64,000 nt of DNA from an uncultured Thermoleophilia bacterium (GTDB lineage Bacteria; Actinomycetota; Thermoleophilia; Solirubrobacterales; CAVPYU01), in assembly GCA_963710065.1 (NCBI GenBank), contig CAVPYU010000009.1:127065-191064 (forward strand). The letters are read 5' to 3'. The translations under genes and the position numbers were made by a program. The first letter of the stretch is position 1, and every line of letters starts with the position of its first letter. A model generated the notes under the pieces. That model saw only the letters and a list, made by a program, of their open reading frames with translations. It made no database searches and was not told the DNA's origin. Below, piece after piece: positions 1 through 9,430 of the stretch.

Positions 1-538
1 GCACTGCACACGTGTCGATGTCTGCACCTTCAAACAGGTCCTTCTCCCTTCCTGGCCTGGGGGAGCGCAGCCTAGCCACACCAAGATCAATAGGACGGAC
101 AAAAGATATACCTTGGACCCCAATACTCCACGTGAGTCTCACTGGTACCTCGCGCGTCATATCAAATGCCGTACATACCGCCTCATCAACGAAGGGGCTG
201 AGGTCTTCTTTTTCTGACCATTTGAATCGGCCTAATGCAAGGAAAAGGATCGCCGCTCCGACATTCAAATGACCAATGTTGATTGCCATACCAGTCGGGT
301 GCACTAGCCAGTTTTTAGGATCAACTAGTTCTCGGAAGTTTTGGTTGATAGCGAGTAGGTCCCCGACCTGACTTAGTTCACCCTGAGCCGATTCTGGGAG
401 AAGCTTTAGTACCGAGCTTTCGTTAAATAGATCTCTCGATCGCACCTCGTTAACGTCTAAGAGCTGAGCTACCTCATGCAACTTCCGGATTGCTGGATGC
501 AACTCGTCAGGTAAAGGCTCAATCGCAGATCTATTCAT
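1..538 (-). CDS. hypothetical protein (3' end runs off the window edge)
   Basis: ATG at 538-536 opens a minus-strand frame (MNRSAIEPLPDELHPAIRKLHEVAQLL...) with no stop down to position 1. It is absent from the supplied ORF track because it has no stop in the window. It lies directly downstream of hsdR. No motif recognised. Confidence 0.4.
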   Translation of the reverse strand, partial: MNRSAIEPLPDELHPAIRKLHEVAQLLDVNEVRSRDLFNESSVLKLLPESAQGELSQVGDLLAINQNFRELVDPKNWLVHPTGMAINIGHLNVGAAILFLALGRFKWSEKEDLSPFVDEAVCTAFDMTREVPVRLTWSIGVQGISFVRPIDLGVARLRSPRPGREKDLFEGADIDTCAV

Positions 539-657
539 AGCTAGATTCTTGGTTTCGTGTCAATACCAACGGCGTGATCGAGTGTTTAGGCAGCGGCCTT
601 TTATGCAGTTTCTCCCACAAATACGGAGTAGGTGGAACTTGCAACGTCGGCACTCTC

Positions 658-2979
658 TCACACCGCCTCTTGGTAGAGGTATTTCTGGAAGCCCGTGAAG
701 ACTTTCCCGATTTCCTCGGGTTCACCGAGATCAGCCACGGCATCAGAAAAAGAGTCGTGGTACTTAATCCGTATCAATGCTCCCAGCTTGTTCTCGTCGA
801 GCTCCTCGACCCCAATGTTCACATAGTGCGACAAAACAAAGTCGAGGAAGACCTGTTGTCTGCTGTTGAAATGTGTGCTGATGGCTACCTTTGCCTTCAT
901 CGCACGTTGCTCGCGGGTGAGCGTTGGCAGCGCATAGGCTACGTTCGCGAGCACGTCGAAGAGATCGCTGTCTTCGGCATCGATGATTCTTCTCATCTCA
1001 ACCATCTGTTCTTTGCAGAACCCCTTTTCGGCAAGGCCTTGTAATAGCTTGGCACGGGTCTTTGGAACGCACCACAGTTCGCGAAGCTCTGCTTCATTTT
1101 TGAAGAACTGCGGCAACTCACCGAAGAGCAGTTCAAGGAACTGCTCTGAAGACATCGGCGTGCCGTCGGGGTGCCAAAAGCTGGTGGCCATCGTGTGTTG
1201 GATATTGCGAGCCCTACCATCGGCAAGCTTGACTTTGATCTTCGGCCTACGTGGCACTGGCTCGGGGTATTCGTTTGGGGGTTCAGGCGGTGCGGGGGTC
1301 TGAGGGCCTGCCGGAGGGTACGTTGGTTCGGGTTCAAGTGGCTCGCCATCCCACTCAGGATCGCTGAAGTGGTGGTGAGCATTTACAAAGTCGTAGATGG
1401 TGAAGTAGTTCTTGCCATCGTAGAGCCGTGTTCCGCGTCCAATGATCTGTTTGAACTCAATCATCGAGTTAATCGGGCGCATTAGGACGATGTTGCGGAT
1501 GTTGCGTGCATCAACGCCCGTGGATAGTTTTTGCGAGGTAGTCAACACGGTAGGAATAGTTTTCTCGTTGTCCTGAAACTCCCGAAGGTATTGATCTCCA
1601 AGAGTGCCATCGTTGGCCGTGACGCGATGGCAGTAGTTCGAGTCCTTGCCTGTCTTCATCTGGTTGATCAGATCGCGCACAGCCAGGGCGTGATCTTGGG
1701 TTGCGCAAAACACCAACGTCTTCTCATTCTGGTTGATCTGCTCCATGAACAGTTTTACGCGATGTGCTTCACGCTCCTTGATCTCGATGATCTTGTTGAA
1801 ATCGGTTTCAGTGTAGAGCCTGCTGGTTTCGATCTCGCCCTCAATCAGCTGATCGTCAGGGGTGTAAACATACTCGTCGAGAGTCGTGGAAAACTGTTTG
1901 ACCTTGAACGGAGTCAGGAAGCCATCGTTAATGCCATCCTTGAGAGAATAGACATAAACGGGTTCGCCGAAATAGGTGTAGGTGTCGGCATTGTCTTGGC
2001 GTTTGGGCGTGGCGGTAAGGCCAAGCTGTACGGCCGGAGCGAAGTAGTCGAGAATGAAGCGCCAGTTGCTTTCATCGTTTGCACCACCGCGGTGGCATTC
2101 GTCGATGACGATGAAATCGAAAAAGTCGGGCGGGTATTGGCCAAAGTAGGGACTGGGCTCGCCCTCTTTAGGCGGGCCGCTCATGAAGGTTTGGAAGATG
2201 GTGAAAAACAGGCTGCCATTCTTAGGCACCCTGCCTTTGTTGCGGATGTCCTTAGGTTCGATGCGAATCATGGCATCTTCCGGGAACGGGGAAAAGGTGT
2301 TGAAAGCCTGGTTGGCGAGGATATTTCGGTCGGCAAGAAACAGAATGCGTGGGCGACGTGATGTCTCTCGGCTTAAGTTCCACCGGCTGTGGAAGAGTTT
2401 CCACGCTATCTGAAAAGCAATGAAGGTCTTTCCCGTTCCTGTAGCCAGAGTCAACAAGATCCGCTGCTTGTTCTCGGTGATGGCCTCCATTACGCGATCG
2501 ATAGCGATGTCCTGGTAGCACCGCGGGCCATATGTGCCACCCTTGTCCTCGAACGGCACAGCAGCGAAATGATCTCGCCAGTCGTTCGCTTCCTCGAACG
2601 CTATGTCCCAGAGTTCATCCGGCGTCTGATAGCACGGTAAGACGCTTTCCAAGCCGCTCTCCATATCGATGCCGTAGATGCCTTGCCCGTTAGTGGCGTA
2701 GGCAAAGCGGATACCCATCTTGTCGGCGTAGTTTTTAGCTTGGGCGACACCCTCGGTCAATTGTCTGTTCCAGGCTTTCGCCTCAACCACCGCCAACCTG
2801 TGATTGCGATAGATCAATACGTAGTCCGCGGTGAGCAGCTCACCGCGTTTGCCGTGGGCTTCGATCCGGCCAAGCGTGATCGGATATTCACGGCGAATCC
2901 TGCTGCCCTCGACGACGCCCCACCCTGCAGCCTTCAACGCGGGATCGATGTGCTCAGCTCTGGTCTCGGCTTCGTTCAT
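658..2979 (-). CDS. hsdR: type I restriction endonuclease subunit R
   Basis: 773-aa ORF. It has the typical HsdR opening MNEAETRAEHIDPALKAAGW, helicase motif I ATGTGKT, DEAH-type box VIDECHR, LGLTATP and motif VI QIIGRGTR. It is the last gene of an hsdM-hsdS-hsdR row. Confidence 0.93.
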   Translation of the reverse strand: MNEAETRAEHIDPALKAAGWGVVEGSRIRREYPITLGRIEAHGKRGELLTADYVLIYRNHRLAVVEAKAWNRQLTEGVAQAKNYADKMGIRFAYATNGQGIYGIDMESGLESVLPCYQTPDELWDIAFEEANDWRDHFAAVPFEDKGGTYGPRCYQDIAIDRVMEAITENKQRILLTLATGTGKTFIAFQIAWKLFHSRWNLSRETSRRPRILFLADRNILANQAFNTFSPFPEDAMIRIEPKDIRNKGRVPKNGSLFFTIFQTFMSGPPKEGEPSPYFGQYPPDFFDFIVIDECHRGGANDESNWRFILDYFAPAVQLGLTATPKRQDNADTYTYFGEPVYVYSLKDGINDGFLTPFKVKQFSTTLDEYVYTPDDQLIEGEIETSRLYTETDFNKIIEIKEREAHRVKLFMEQINQNEKTLVFCATQDHALAVRDLINQMKTGKDSNYCHRVTANDGTLGDQYLREFQDNEKTIPTVLTTSQKLSTGVDARNIRNIVLMRPINSMIEFKQIIGRGTRLYDGKNYFTIYDFVNAHHHFSDPEWDGEPLEPEPTYPPAGPQTPAPPEPPNEYPEPVPRRPKIKVKLADGRARNIQHTMATSFWHPDGTPMSSEQFLELLFGELPQFFKNEAELRELWCVPKTRAKLLQGLAEKGFCKEQMVEMRRIIDAEDSDLFDVLANVAYALPTLTREQRAMKAKVAISTHFNSRQQVFLDFVLSHYVNIGVEELDENKLGALIRIKYHDSFSDAVADLGEPEEIGKVFTGFQKYLYQEAV

Positions 2980-2988
2980 TTTCCCCTT

Positions 2989-4218
2989 CTAGAGCCGTCC
3001 CGCGAAGGCCTGGGCCAAGAGCGACTCTTTCAATGCATCCAGCGCGGCGATCTTACTCATATTGAGGGATTCAAGACGCAGTGTCTCAGTGCGATAGGAG
3101 TCCAGCCTGGTGACGATGGCTTCCTGTTCTTCCATGGCCTCGGGGTATCTAATGTCGAAGTTTTCGATCTGTGCCTTGGTGATTGCCTGCCTCGTTGAAC
3201 CGCCTTCTTCGCTCGTGCGCAGCAATCGGTCCTTGTACGGTTTCGAGATCAGAAGGTAATGCAGAAAACCGGGGTCCAACCTTCGGACAATTGGTCTAAT
3301 AATCGCAACGTGCTGATTGACCCGGGCGGGCAGCACATCTTGTGGGACGACACAACAGCGAGCCACTGAGGCGCCAGTAATGTTGAGTAGAACGTCGTCG
3401 CACTGTACTTCAACGTTCCTCAAATCGTTGGCTTGTTGCTCGCTGAGGAAGGCGAGTTTGGGATACTGGAAGCCCGGATCGTGAACGTTCAAACTTCGAA
3501 TTAGTGAGATTCCTTCCGATTTGTAGGACTTTTTTCCGCCGCGCGGGGTCGCGCCGCTGCCGATCTTTGTAGTCAGAGGCTTCAGCTCGCTCTCAACCCA
3601 CCCCTCTCTGCGCTCACTGAATACAGACTGAAGATGGCTATCGAAGAGGGCACGTGCATTTTGGAGGTTCTTTTCGGCGTTGGCTTTGGCGGTGGCGATG
3701 CCCTCAAACGCTTCGTCGAGGATGCCGACGATCTGTTGCTGTTCTGCAAGCGGAGGGACCGGGATTGGGTAGCGTTCGATGAACTCTTTTGCAACACGCT
3801 TGTGCCCAACAGCGCCCGACATACGCGCTGCGCCTTCTTTCCGGAAGGCCTCACGAGATAGGTAGTAGTAAAGCCATTCATCGCGGAGAGTCTCGTCGGC
3901 GCGCAGCACGATGTATTCGCTGGACCCGAAACCGATCCCATTTGTCAGTCCTTGCGCTATCCCAAGCTTTCCGTTTTCGAAACAGGGCGTGATCTTGGCG
4001 AGTAAGACATCGCGTTCCGTAAAATAGGTGTAATTCCCGGCGACTGTGGAGAGAGGTTTCGCGTGATTCGCTCGCACAAACTTTTCGTCAATGCCCATAT
4101 CCTCCATCGGCAGAAAGGAAACCAACTCATCGCCGGAGACCTTGTCGCGAGCTTCGCTTTTCGGCGGCTTGATCTGGCATGCTTCACCCAGTGTCTTCAA
4201 CGGCCACGCTGTCTTCAT
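2989..4218 (-). CDS. hsdS: type I restriction-modification specificity subunit
   Basis: 409-aa ORF with two variable halves. Each half is followed by a conserved helical spacer (PPLAEQQQIVGILDEAFEGI... and EEQEAIVTRLDSYRTE...). There is a 4-nt overlap with the hsdM stop. Confidence 0.9.
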   Translation of the reverse strand: MKTAWPLKTLGEACQIKPPKSEARDKVSGDELVSFLPMEDMGIDEKFVRANHAKPLSTVAGNYTYFTERDVLLAKITPCFENGKLGIAQGLTNGIGFGSSEYIVLRADETLRDEWLYYYLSREAFRKEGAARMSGAVGHKRVAKEFIERYPIPVPPLAEQQQIVGILDEAFEGIATAKANAEKNLQNARALFDSHLQSVFSERREGWVESELKPLTTKIGSGATPRGGKKSYKSEGISLIRSLNVHDPGFQYPKLAFLSEQQANDLRNVEVQCDDVLLNITGASVARCCVVPQDVLPARVNQHVAIIRPIVRRLDPGFLHYLLISKPYKDRLLRTSEEGGSTRQAITKAQIENFDIRYPEAMEEQEAIVTRLDSYRTETLRLESLNMSKIAALDALKESLLAQAFAGRL

Positions 4219-5669
4219 AGAAGATCCTTGATGCCCTCCATCACCTTCGCACTCTCCGCATCCAGAGCGGCGATCTCCTTCATGATCTCCTCCGGACTAC
4301 GGTGCGAGATTTCCTCAGCATTGTTTGGATTTTTAACCGAGAGGTCATAGGTAGTCTGGTCGATGGTATTGACATTGACACTCCAGGACTTCGGTGAATT
4401 GGCGAAGGTCTTCTGCAGCTGGACGAAATCGGCCAGGTCGGCGTCGTTGAGCGGGTTGGTCTTGCCGAGGTTGCGGCCGGGATTGAGCTGGTAGAACCAG
4501 ATCTTGCGCGTGGGCGCACCTTTGTCAAAGAATAGAACCACGGTCTTGACGCCCGCGCCCTGAAACGTGCCGCCAGGGCAGTCGAGTACTGTGTGCAAGT
4601 TGCAGCTTTCAAGCAGCATCGTGCGCAGACTCACTGAGGCGTTGTCGGTATTGGAGAGAAAGGTGTTTTTTATAACGACGCCGCCGCGCCCACCGGCCTT
4701 GATCATCTTGATGAAGTGCTGAAGGAACAGGAAGGCCGTCTCGCCAGTACGTATTGGGAAGTTCTGCTGCACCTCCTTTCGCTCACTGCCACCGAAGGGC
4801 GGATTGGCCAGCACTACGTCATAGCGATCCCTTTCCTGTATGTCAGCGAGGTTCTCAGTCAGTGTGTTTGTATGGACGATGTTGGGCGCCTGGATGCCGT
4901 GCAGAATCATGTTCATGACACCGATGACGTAGGCGAGGGCCTTTTTCTCCTTGCCGTAGAAAGTGTCGGTCTGGAGCACATCAAGGTCTCTTGTTGTGAG
5001 CTTTCCTTGTGATTTTAGGTATTCGAAGGACTCGCAGAGGAAGCCCGCGGAGCCGACAGCGCCGTCGTAAATACTCTCGCCGATTATAGGCTGAACGACC
5101 TTAACGATCGCGCGGATCAGGGGCCGCGGTGTGTAGTACTCGCCCCCGTTGCGCCCCGCATTACCCATCTTGTTGATCTTCTGTTCGTACAAATCGGATA
5201 GCTCATGCTTTTCTTCTTGGGATCCGAAGCGCAACTCATCGACGTAATCGATGACATCCCGCAGGTTGTAGCCACTGGCTATCTTGTTTTTGAGTTCCGA
5301 AAATATCTGCCCGATCTTGTATTCGATCGTGTTAGACCCACTTGCCCTCTGGACAAATCCGCTTAAATATGGAAACAGTTTGTTATCTACAAAGTCGGTG
5401 AGGTCGTCGCCGGTTATTGCGGTGTTGTGATCGATCTCGCCATCCTTGTCTTTCGGCGCAGCCCAGCTCTCCCAGCGATAGGGCTCTTCGAGTATGTATA
5501 TGTACTGATTGCCTTTCAGCTCCGCTTCTATCGCTTTTTCCTGTTCCAGTTCGTCGAGATACTTCAGGAAGAGGATCCAAGAGGTCTGCTCGGTGTAATC
5601 AAGCTCGGTTGTGCAGCCAGCTTCGTTCCGGAGCACGTCATCGATGTTCTTGAAGGCTTGCTCAAACAT
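4215..5669 (-). CDS. hsdM: type I restriction-modification N6-adenine DNA methyltransferase subunit
   Basis: 484-aa ORF. N-terminus FKNIDDVLRNEAGCTTELDYTEQTSWILFLKYLDELE, SAM motif DGAVGSAGFL, catalytic motif VLANPPFGG. Confidence 0.93.
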   Translation of the reverse strand: MFEQAFKNIDDVLRNEAGCTTELDYTEQTSWILFLKYLDELEQEKAIEAELKGNQYIYILEEPYRWESWAAPKDKDGEIDHNTAITGDDLTDFVDNKLFPYLSGFVQRASGSNTIEYKIGQIFSELKNKIASGYNLRDVIDYVDELRFGSQEEKHELSDLYEQKINKMGNAGRNGGEYYTPRPLIRAIVKVVQPIIGESIYDGAVGSAGFLCESFEYLKSQGKLTTRDLDVLQTDTFYGKEKKALAYVIGVMNMILHGIQAPNIVHTNTLTENLADIQERDRYDVVLANPPFGGSERKEVQQNFPIRTGETAFLFLQHFIKMIKAGGRGGVVIKNTFLSNTDNASVSLRTMLLESCNLHTVLDCPGGTFQGAGVKTVVLFFDKGAPTRKIWFYQLNPGRNLGKTNPLNDADLADFVQLQKTFANSPKSWSVNVNTIDQTTYDLSVKNPNNAEEISHRSPEEIMKEIAALDAESAKVMEGIKDLL

Positions 5670-5901
5670 GGGCGTGAAGATCCGTGTGGATCATATTGGA
5701 ATGCCAGTCAAGTCGCATTGCGTGGCGCTTGAAGAACAGCAGCGTGAAGATGCAGCTCTTAAAGTCAGTCCGGTCGATAGGCCCACCGAGTATGTTGGCG
5801 AACTCCCAGAGATGGGCTTCGAGTTCGGAGGGACCCACTCGAGTGGAAGCAGCCTTGCCCGACGGTATTGACGACTTTGCCTTCGCAGCGCTGGGTGGCA
5901 T
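5662..5901 (-). pseudogene. vestigial N-terminal fragment of a second type I methylase (HsdM_N-like)
   Basis: The 79-aa ORF contains ELEAHLWEFANILGGPIDRTDFKSCIFTLLFFKR. This fits the conserved LW..A..LRG...(Y/F)K....L(L/F)F(L/F)KR opening of HsdM proteins. Similarity then stops. It overlaps the start of the intact hsdM by 8 nt. Confidence 0.5.
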
Positions 5902-5905
5902 TTGG

Positions 5906-8047
5906 TCAGTCCTCTCCGTTTATGTGCTCTTTAGACCCGCTCAGATCGGACGAGGCCAGATCAAGCAGCGCTTCACGAATAGCTTGCGAACTTTGCTCAA
6001 CTTCCTTGGCATAAGACTCTGCCTGCTCAATCTCTTGAAGCATATCCCAGAGCCGGTCGGCCGCCTCCAGCGGAATGACTGGGATCTCAAGCTCACGGAT
6101 GTTTACTCGTGCACGGGAGGCTGATCCCAAGGATGACATCTTTACAAAGCGTCGGTTGCGAGGACTTTGTAGGAATGCCGCTAGGACCTCGGGGCGTGCC
6201 CATTCTCCCTTAATGCGCAGCGCTTGTAGCGGCTGGGCTAGCACGTGTCCGCCCTCTTCATCCACCACCGCAATCTGCTCTCCACTCCCAGGCGACATGA
6301 TGATGTCGCCTGGCATGGTCAGAGTGGGCTTCGGCTTGATACCCGTCGCGGCTGCGTAGCACGGTTTGCTAGCGGTCTTGATCCCTTCACGGATATCTCG
6401 CGCGCGCAATATGCGTACACCTTTGCCGAGGCGGTGCTCAGACTTCACATGCACGCCCCGAATGACTTGCGCAAGATCGTCGGATACTAAATCTTCCACT
6501 CGAACCCATCTGGGTTCCCCAGTCGCAGTAAAGTGCTGCTGGTTCGGTGCCTTCGCTTTGCCCAAACGCCTACCGGCACGCTCAAATTGCTTGCTGGCTT
6601 CCGCAAGCCTCTGCCGCACTTGTTCGAGGGTCGCGGCATCGGGTTCCTCGTAGACCCAGCGTACAGGGGTGAGGTTTGTGTCTCGTCGCAGGAGTTCAAG
6701 CGTGGGTATTGCACGTGCGATCCTGTGACTTTCCTGCGGGATGGTACCTTGCTGCCGCCAACTCTCCAAGACGCTCGCTATTTCATCTGAGAGCTGTGCG
6801 TTCAGGGACACACGGTCCTCCCCGGTACTCGCATTTGCGTCAATGAAAAGGACTGATCCCGTGCCGGCTTTTGGTTGGCGCACTACCCATAGGGCAAGCG
6901 GAATAGAAGTGCTGGCAGCTATACCTGGCGGTAGGCTCACCACCGCTTCAACCGCTCCTTGGCGAACTAGTTCGCTACGTATCTCTGCCTCCTTGCCTCC
7001 GCGAAACAGAGTGCCAGCCGGGGATACAATATATCCAGAACCACCGGGCGCCAAGTGGTATATGACATGCTGAATCCAGGCGAAGTCGGTATTGGTCGCG
7101 GGGGGTGCGCCAAATTTCCACCTCGGATCAGTCATTGATTCTGCAGGCAATCTAAGTTTGACGCCGTAAGGCGGATCGCAGACCACCAGATCCGCGTGAA
7201 GTCGAGGAAACGCATCAGCGAGAAGGCTGTTGCCGCAGATCAGCTCGGCATCGATGTCGTGCACAAGCAGTCGCTGTCTTGCGATTCGCCACGCGTGCAG
7301 ATTGAGTTCCTGCCCCACGAGCGTCGGTTGCTTTCGTTGCTTTTTGGCGAATTCGAGCAAGATGCCGGCCCAGCCTGCGGCCGGATCAAATACCGTCCTT
7401 GCTTGGTCCCCAGCTAACGTCATGAGCAGCTGGGTCAATTGGGGACCACTTGTTGCTTCTGACCCCCTGTGGCCGGTGCCGTGACGCATTGTCAGCATTG
7501 TCAGAGCGAGCTCGAATATTTGAGAAATCTTGTCTTGCCTGGTCGCGAAGGTGAGATCAAGAAGTTTGCTTGCCGTCGCTGATTCGATTTCAACAATCGG
7601 TGTGAACACATTTATAAGGTTGGGATGGTGCCCCTCGATAGCGGCAACCAACCCGCGAACGTCGTCGAGCGCAGGGGCCTTCGTTGGAGTTTCGCGGAGC
7701 GAGTCCTGTTCTTGCGATCTCCAGAAGTAAGTTAGGGAAAGGCCTGAACAAACAATTTCTGCATGGAGCTCAAGTGGCACCTCGCTGCGCAGCAATTCGG
7801 CAGCAGTCCACAGCCTGAGCTGCTCGCCTAGCGGCTCTTGCTTCCGGTCATGTTCGGAGAGCCATTCTTGAACCTCGGCAAGATAAAATAGGTCTCTGCC
7901 TCCTTCGGTCTTCCGACTAGGGCTAGGGAAATCCTTGTGGCGACGCCGCCAATTGCTAACAGCCGAAGGCCTGACTCCGGCAAGATCGGCAATTTGTGAC
8001 ACGCTGATGTTTGGTTCCGTCTTCTGAGATTGCTTGTCAGGTGTCAT
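5906..8047 (-). CDS. HTH-fused N6-adenine DNA methyltransferase with C-terminal HsdS-like target-recognition domain
   Basis: 713-aa ORF. It has an N-terminal excisionase/MerR-like HTH (ISVSQIADLAGVRPSAVSNWRRRHKDFP), SAM motif I VFDPAAGWAGILLEF and motif IV VVCDPPYG. The C-terminal ~230 aa look like a single TRD plus a conserved helix (LEIPVIPLEAADRLWDMLQEIEQAE). Its start overlaps the stop of the upstream NYN gene (ATGA). Confidence 0.85.
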   Translation of the reverse strand: MTPDKQSQKTEPNISVSQIADLAGVRPSAVSNWRRRHKDFPSPSRKTEGGRDLFYLAEVQEWLSEHDRKQEPLGEQLRLWTAAELLRSEVPLELHAEIVCSGLSLTYFWRSQEQDSLRETPTKAPALDDVRGLVAAIEGHHPNLINVFTPIVEIESATASKLLDLTFATRQDKISQIFELALTMLTMRHGTGHRGSEATSGPQLTQLLMTLAGDQARTVFDPAAGWAGILLEFAKKQRKQPTLVGQELNLHAWRIARQRLLVHDIDAELICGNSLLADAFPRLHADLVVCDPPYGVKLRLPAESMTDPRWKFGAPPATNTDFAWIQHVIYHLAPGGSGYIVSPAGTLFRGGKEAEIRSELVRQGAVEAVVSLPPGIAASTSIPLALWVVRQPKAGTGSVLFIDANASTGEDRVSLNAQLSDEIASVLESWRQQGTIPQESHRIARAIPTLELLRRDTNLTPVRWVYEEPDAATLEQVRQRLAEASKQFERAGRRLGKAKAPNQQHFTATGEPRWVRVEDLVSDDLAQVIRGVHVKSEHRLGKGVRILRARDIREGIKTASKPCYAAATGIKPKPTLTMPGDIIMSPGSGEQIAVVDEEGGHVLAQPLQALRIKGEWARPEVLAAFLQSPRNRRFVKMSSLGSASRARVNIRELEIPVIPLEAADRLWDMLQEIEQAESYAKEVEQSSQAIREALLDLASSDLSGSKEHINGED

Positions 8048-8502
8048 GCCGCCTCTAAGCTACGAGGCGATACTACAGCAGGGATTTCGAGGTCGAGAAA
8101 ATTGATGTCTCGTACCGCCAACCGCAAACGCCTCGAAATCGATTCTCGTCGAGAGACAACTGATACCCCGCAGCCTGCAGCTTGCAGCTTTGCGCAGTGG
8201 ACCGAGAAGATACCGTCGCCGGAGCCAAGCACAACATGATCAAATCTGTTGGCGAGGTGCTCACGCTCGAGTACATCGATGAGCGCTATGTCGGCACCGT
8301 CCGGTCCTGATCCGACCAACCTGCGCGCAGTTCTGTCCCAGCCCATCCAGGTCGGAGGTGCGGCAAAGTGACTTGACGCGATTACTACTTGATCTTTTGG
8401 ACCAAGGTTCGCAACTTCCACGTAGCGCTGCTCGAGCCAAGCAACCTCCTGAATCGTAAATGCGGTTTTTCCCATGAGATTTTCAATATCGATGAGATGC
8501 AT
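8044..8502 (-). CDS. NYN/LabA-like (PIN-fold) nuclease-domain protein
   Basis: The ORF spans 8044..8592. The start is placed at ATG 8502, which has GAGGA 6 nt upstream. MHLIDIENL..., VVIASSH..., VVLGSGDGIFSVHCAKLQAAGCGVSVVS fit the NYN-domain strand/acidic-residue pattern. It is translationally coupled to the methyltransferase gene. Confidence 0.65.
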   Translation of the reverse strand: MHLIDIENLMGKTAFTIQEVAWLEQRYVEVANLGPKDQVVIASSHFAAPPTWMGWDRTARRLVGSGPDGADIALIDVLEREHLANRFDHVVLGSGDGIFSVHCAKLQAAGCGVSVVSRRESISRRLRLAVRDINFLDLEIPAVVSPRSLEAA

Positions 8503-8759
8503 GGTCCGTCCTCTGGACCTTAGTTCAGGGGGCGTCACGTGTAACGCCATCTGGTTTATGTGTGTATCTTTCATAGCCAGAGTGTGACACACTACTCAAC
8601 TAATGTCAAGTGTTAGCTAAGTTCACAGTAATTTTCCTTGTTATTAACAAACTTCGTTTCACCATACCAGTTGCCGCACAGTCCAGTCGTATCTGTTCCA
8701 GTGTTTTGCAGCTGATATCAAGCATTCAACAAGTGCGGTCGTCCTTGGCCTGGTTGTAT

Positions 8760-9430
8760 CCTCCACCTTTAGTAAGGGTTTCATATGTTGTTGATCGCGG
8801 TGGGGACCGCCATCACCGGCGGCCCCCCGCACAGATCCCAGCGTGCGCGTTTAATGCACTGGGCTCCAGCCTTGGATGCGAACGTCAAAGCGAGCGTCTG
8901 TGCTGCTAGTCGCACACGGTCAAGCGCACTTGACTTGACTCAAGCCAGCACTGAGTCCGGAGCGTTTTTTGCTTACCGTGTTTTCCTTGGCCGGTCCCCT
9001 TTCCTCCACTACCCCCTCTGCTGCTTGCGCGGCTTTGTTCGGTAGCTTCGCAGGTACTACGGAACCATCAGATTTCCCATGATCGTGCATCGAGGGCTTG
9101 CGGTCTTGGCCTTTCCCTCGCGGCCCGTCCTTACCATTATCAGGACGGGCGATCATGGGATCTCCCGGTTCTCGCGCATGGAGATCTCACGTGCTTGCTG
9201 TGGGTTCTTCGACCGCGCGGAGTTCGATGGCAGCTCGCATATAGCTCGGCCTTCGGTATTGCCTTCCGCCTGTCTTGAGGGCGTTGGCACTCCGGGTGTG
9301 GTCATTTCGCGGCTCTATAGCCTAAGCCTGCACGTACCTTTGTCAATGCTTCGCCGACGTCCTTGCGGACGCCAACGCGTGACTCAAGGCCACTGTGGGT
9401 TGCTACTCCTTCAATGTAGGGCACTTTCAT
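8760..9430 (-). mobile_element. group II intron 5' remnant (ribozyme domains I-III plus first ~60 codons of the intron ORF, no reverse transcriptase body, no domain V seen)
   Basis: The minus-strand ORF 8920..9156 gives HGKSDGSVVPAKLPNKAAQAAEGVVEERGPAKENT. After a frame change it gives LDRVRLAA. This is the leader I recall preceding many bacterial group II intron RT/maturases. The upstream ~270 nt are non-coding and GC-rich, with a GTGC... candidate 5' end near 9424. No RT motifs or domain V hairpin lie downstream. Confidence 0.45.

Noticed and set aside
12-272. 86-aa plus-strand ORF at the left edge
   Set aside because: It lies antisense to a longer minus-strand frame (1-538) that is open to the window edge and is positioned as the gene after hsdR. 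Its own sequence is Ser/Arg/Pro-rich with no motif.
983-2979. Multiple plus-strand ORFs (e.g. 1531..2361, 276 aa) inside hsdR, and similar shadows inside hsdS/hsdM/methylase genes
   Set aside because: They are antisense shadow ORFs within genes that have unambiguous motif-supported frames, and they have no motifs of their own.
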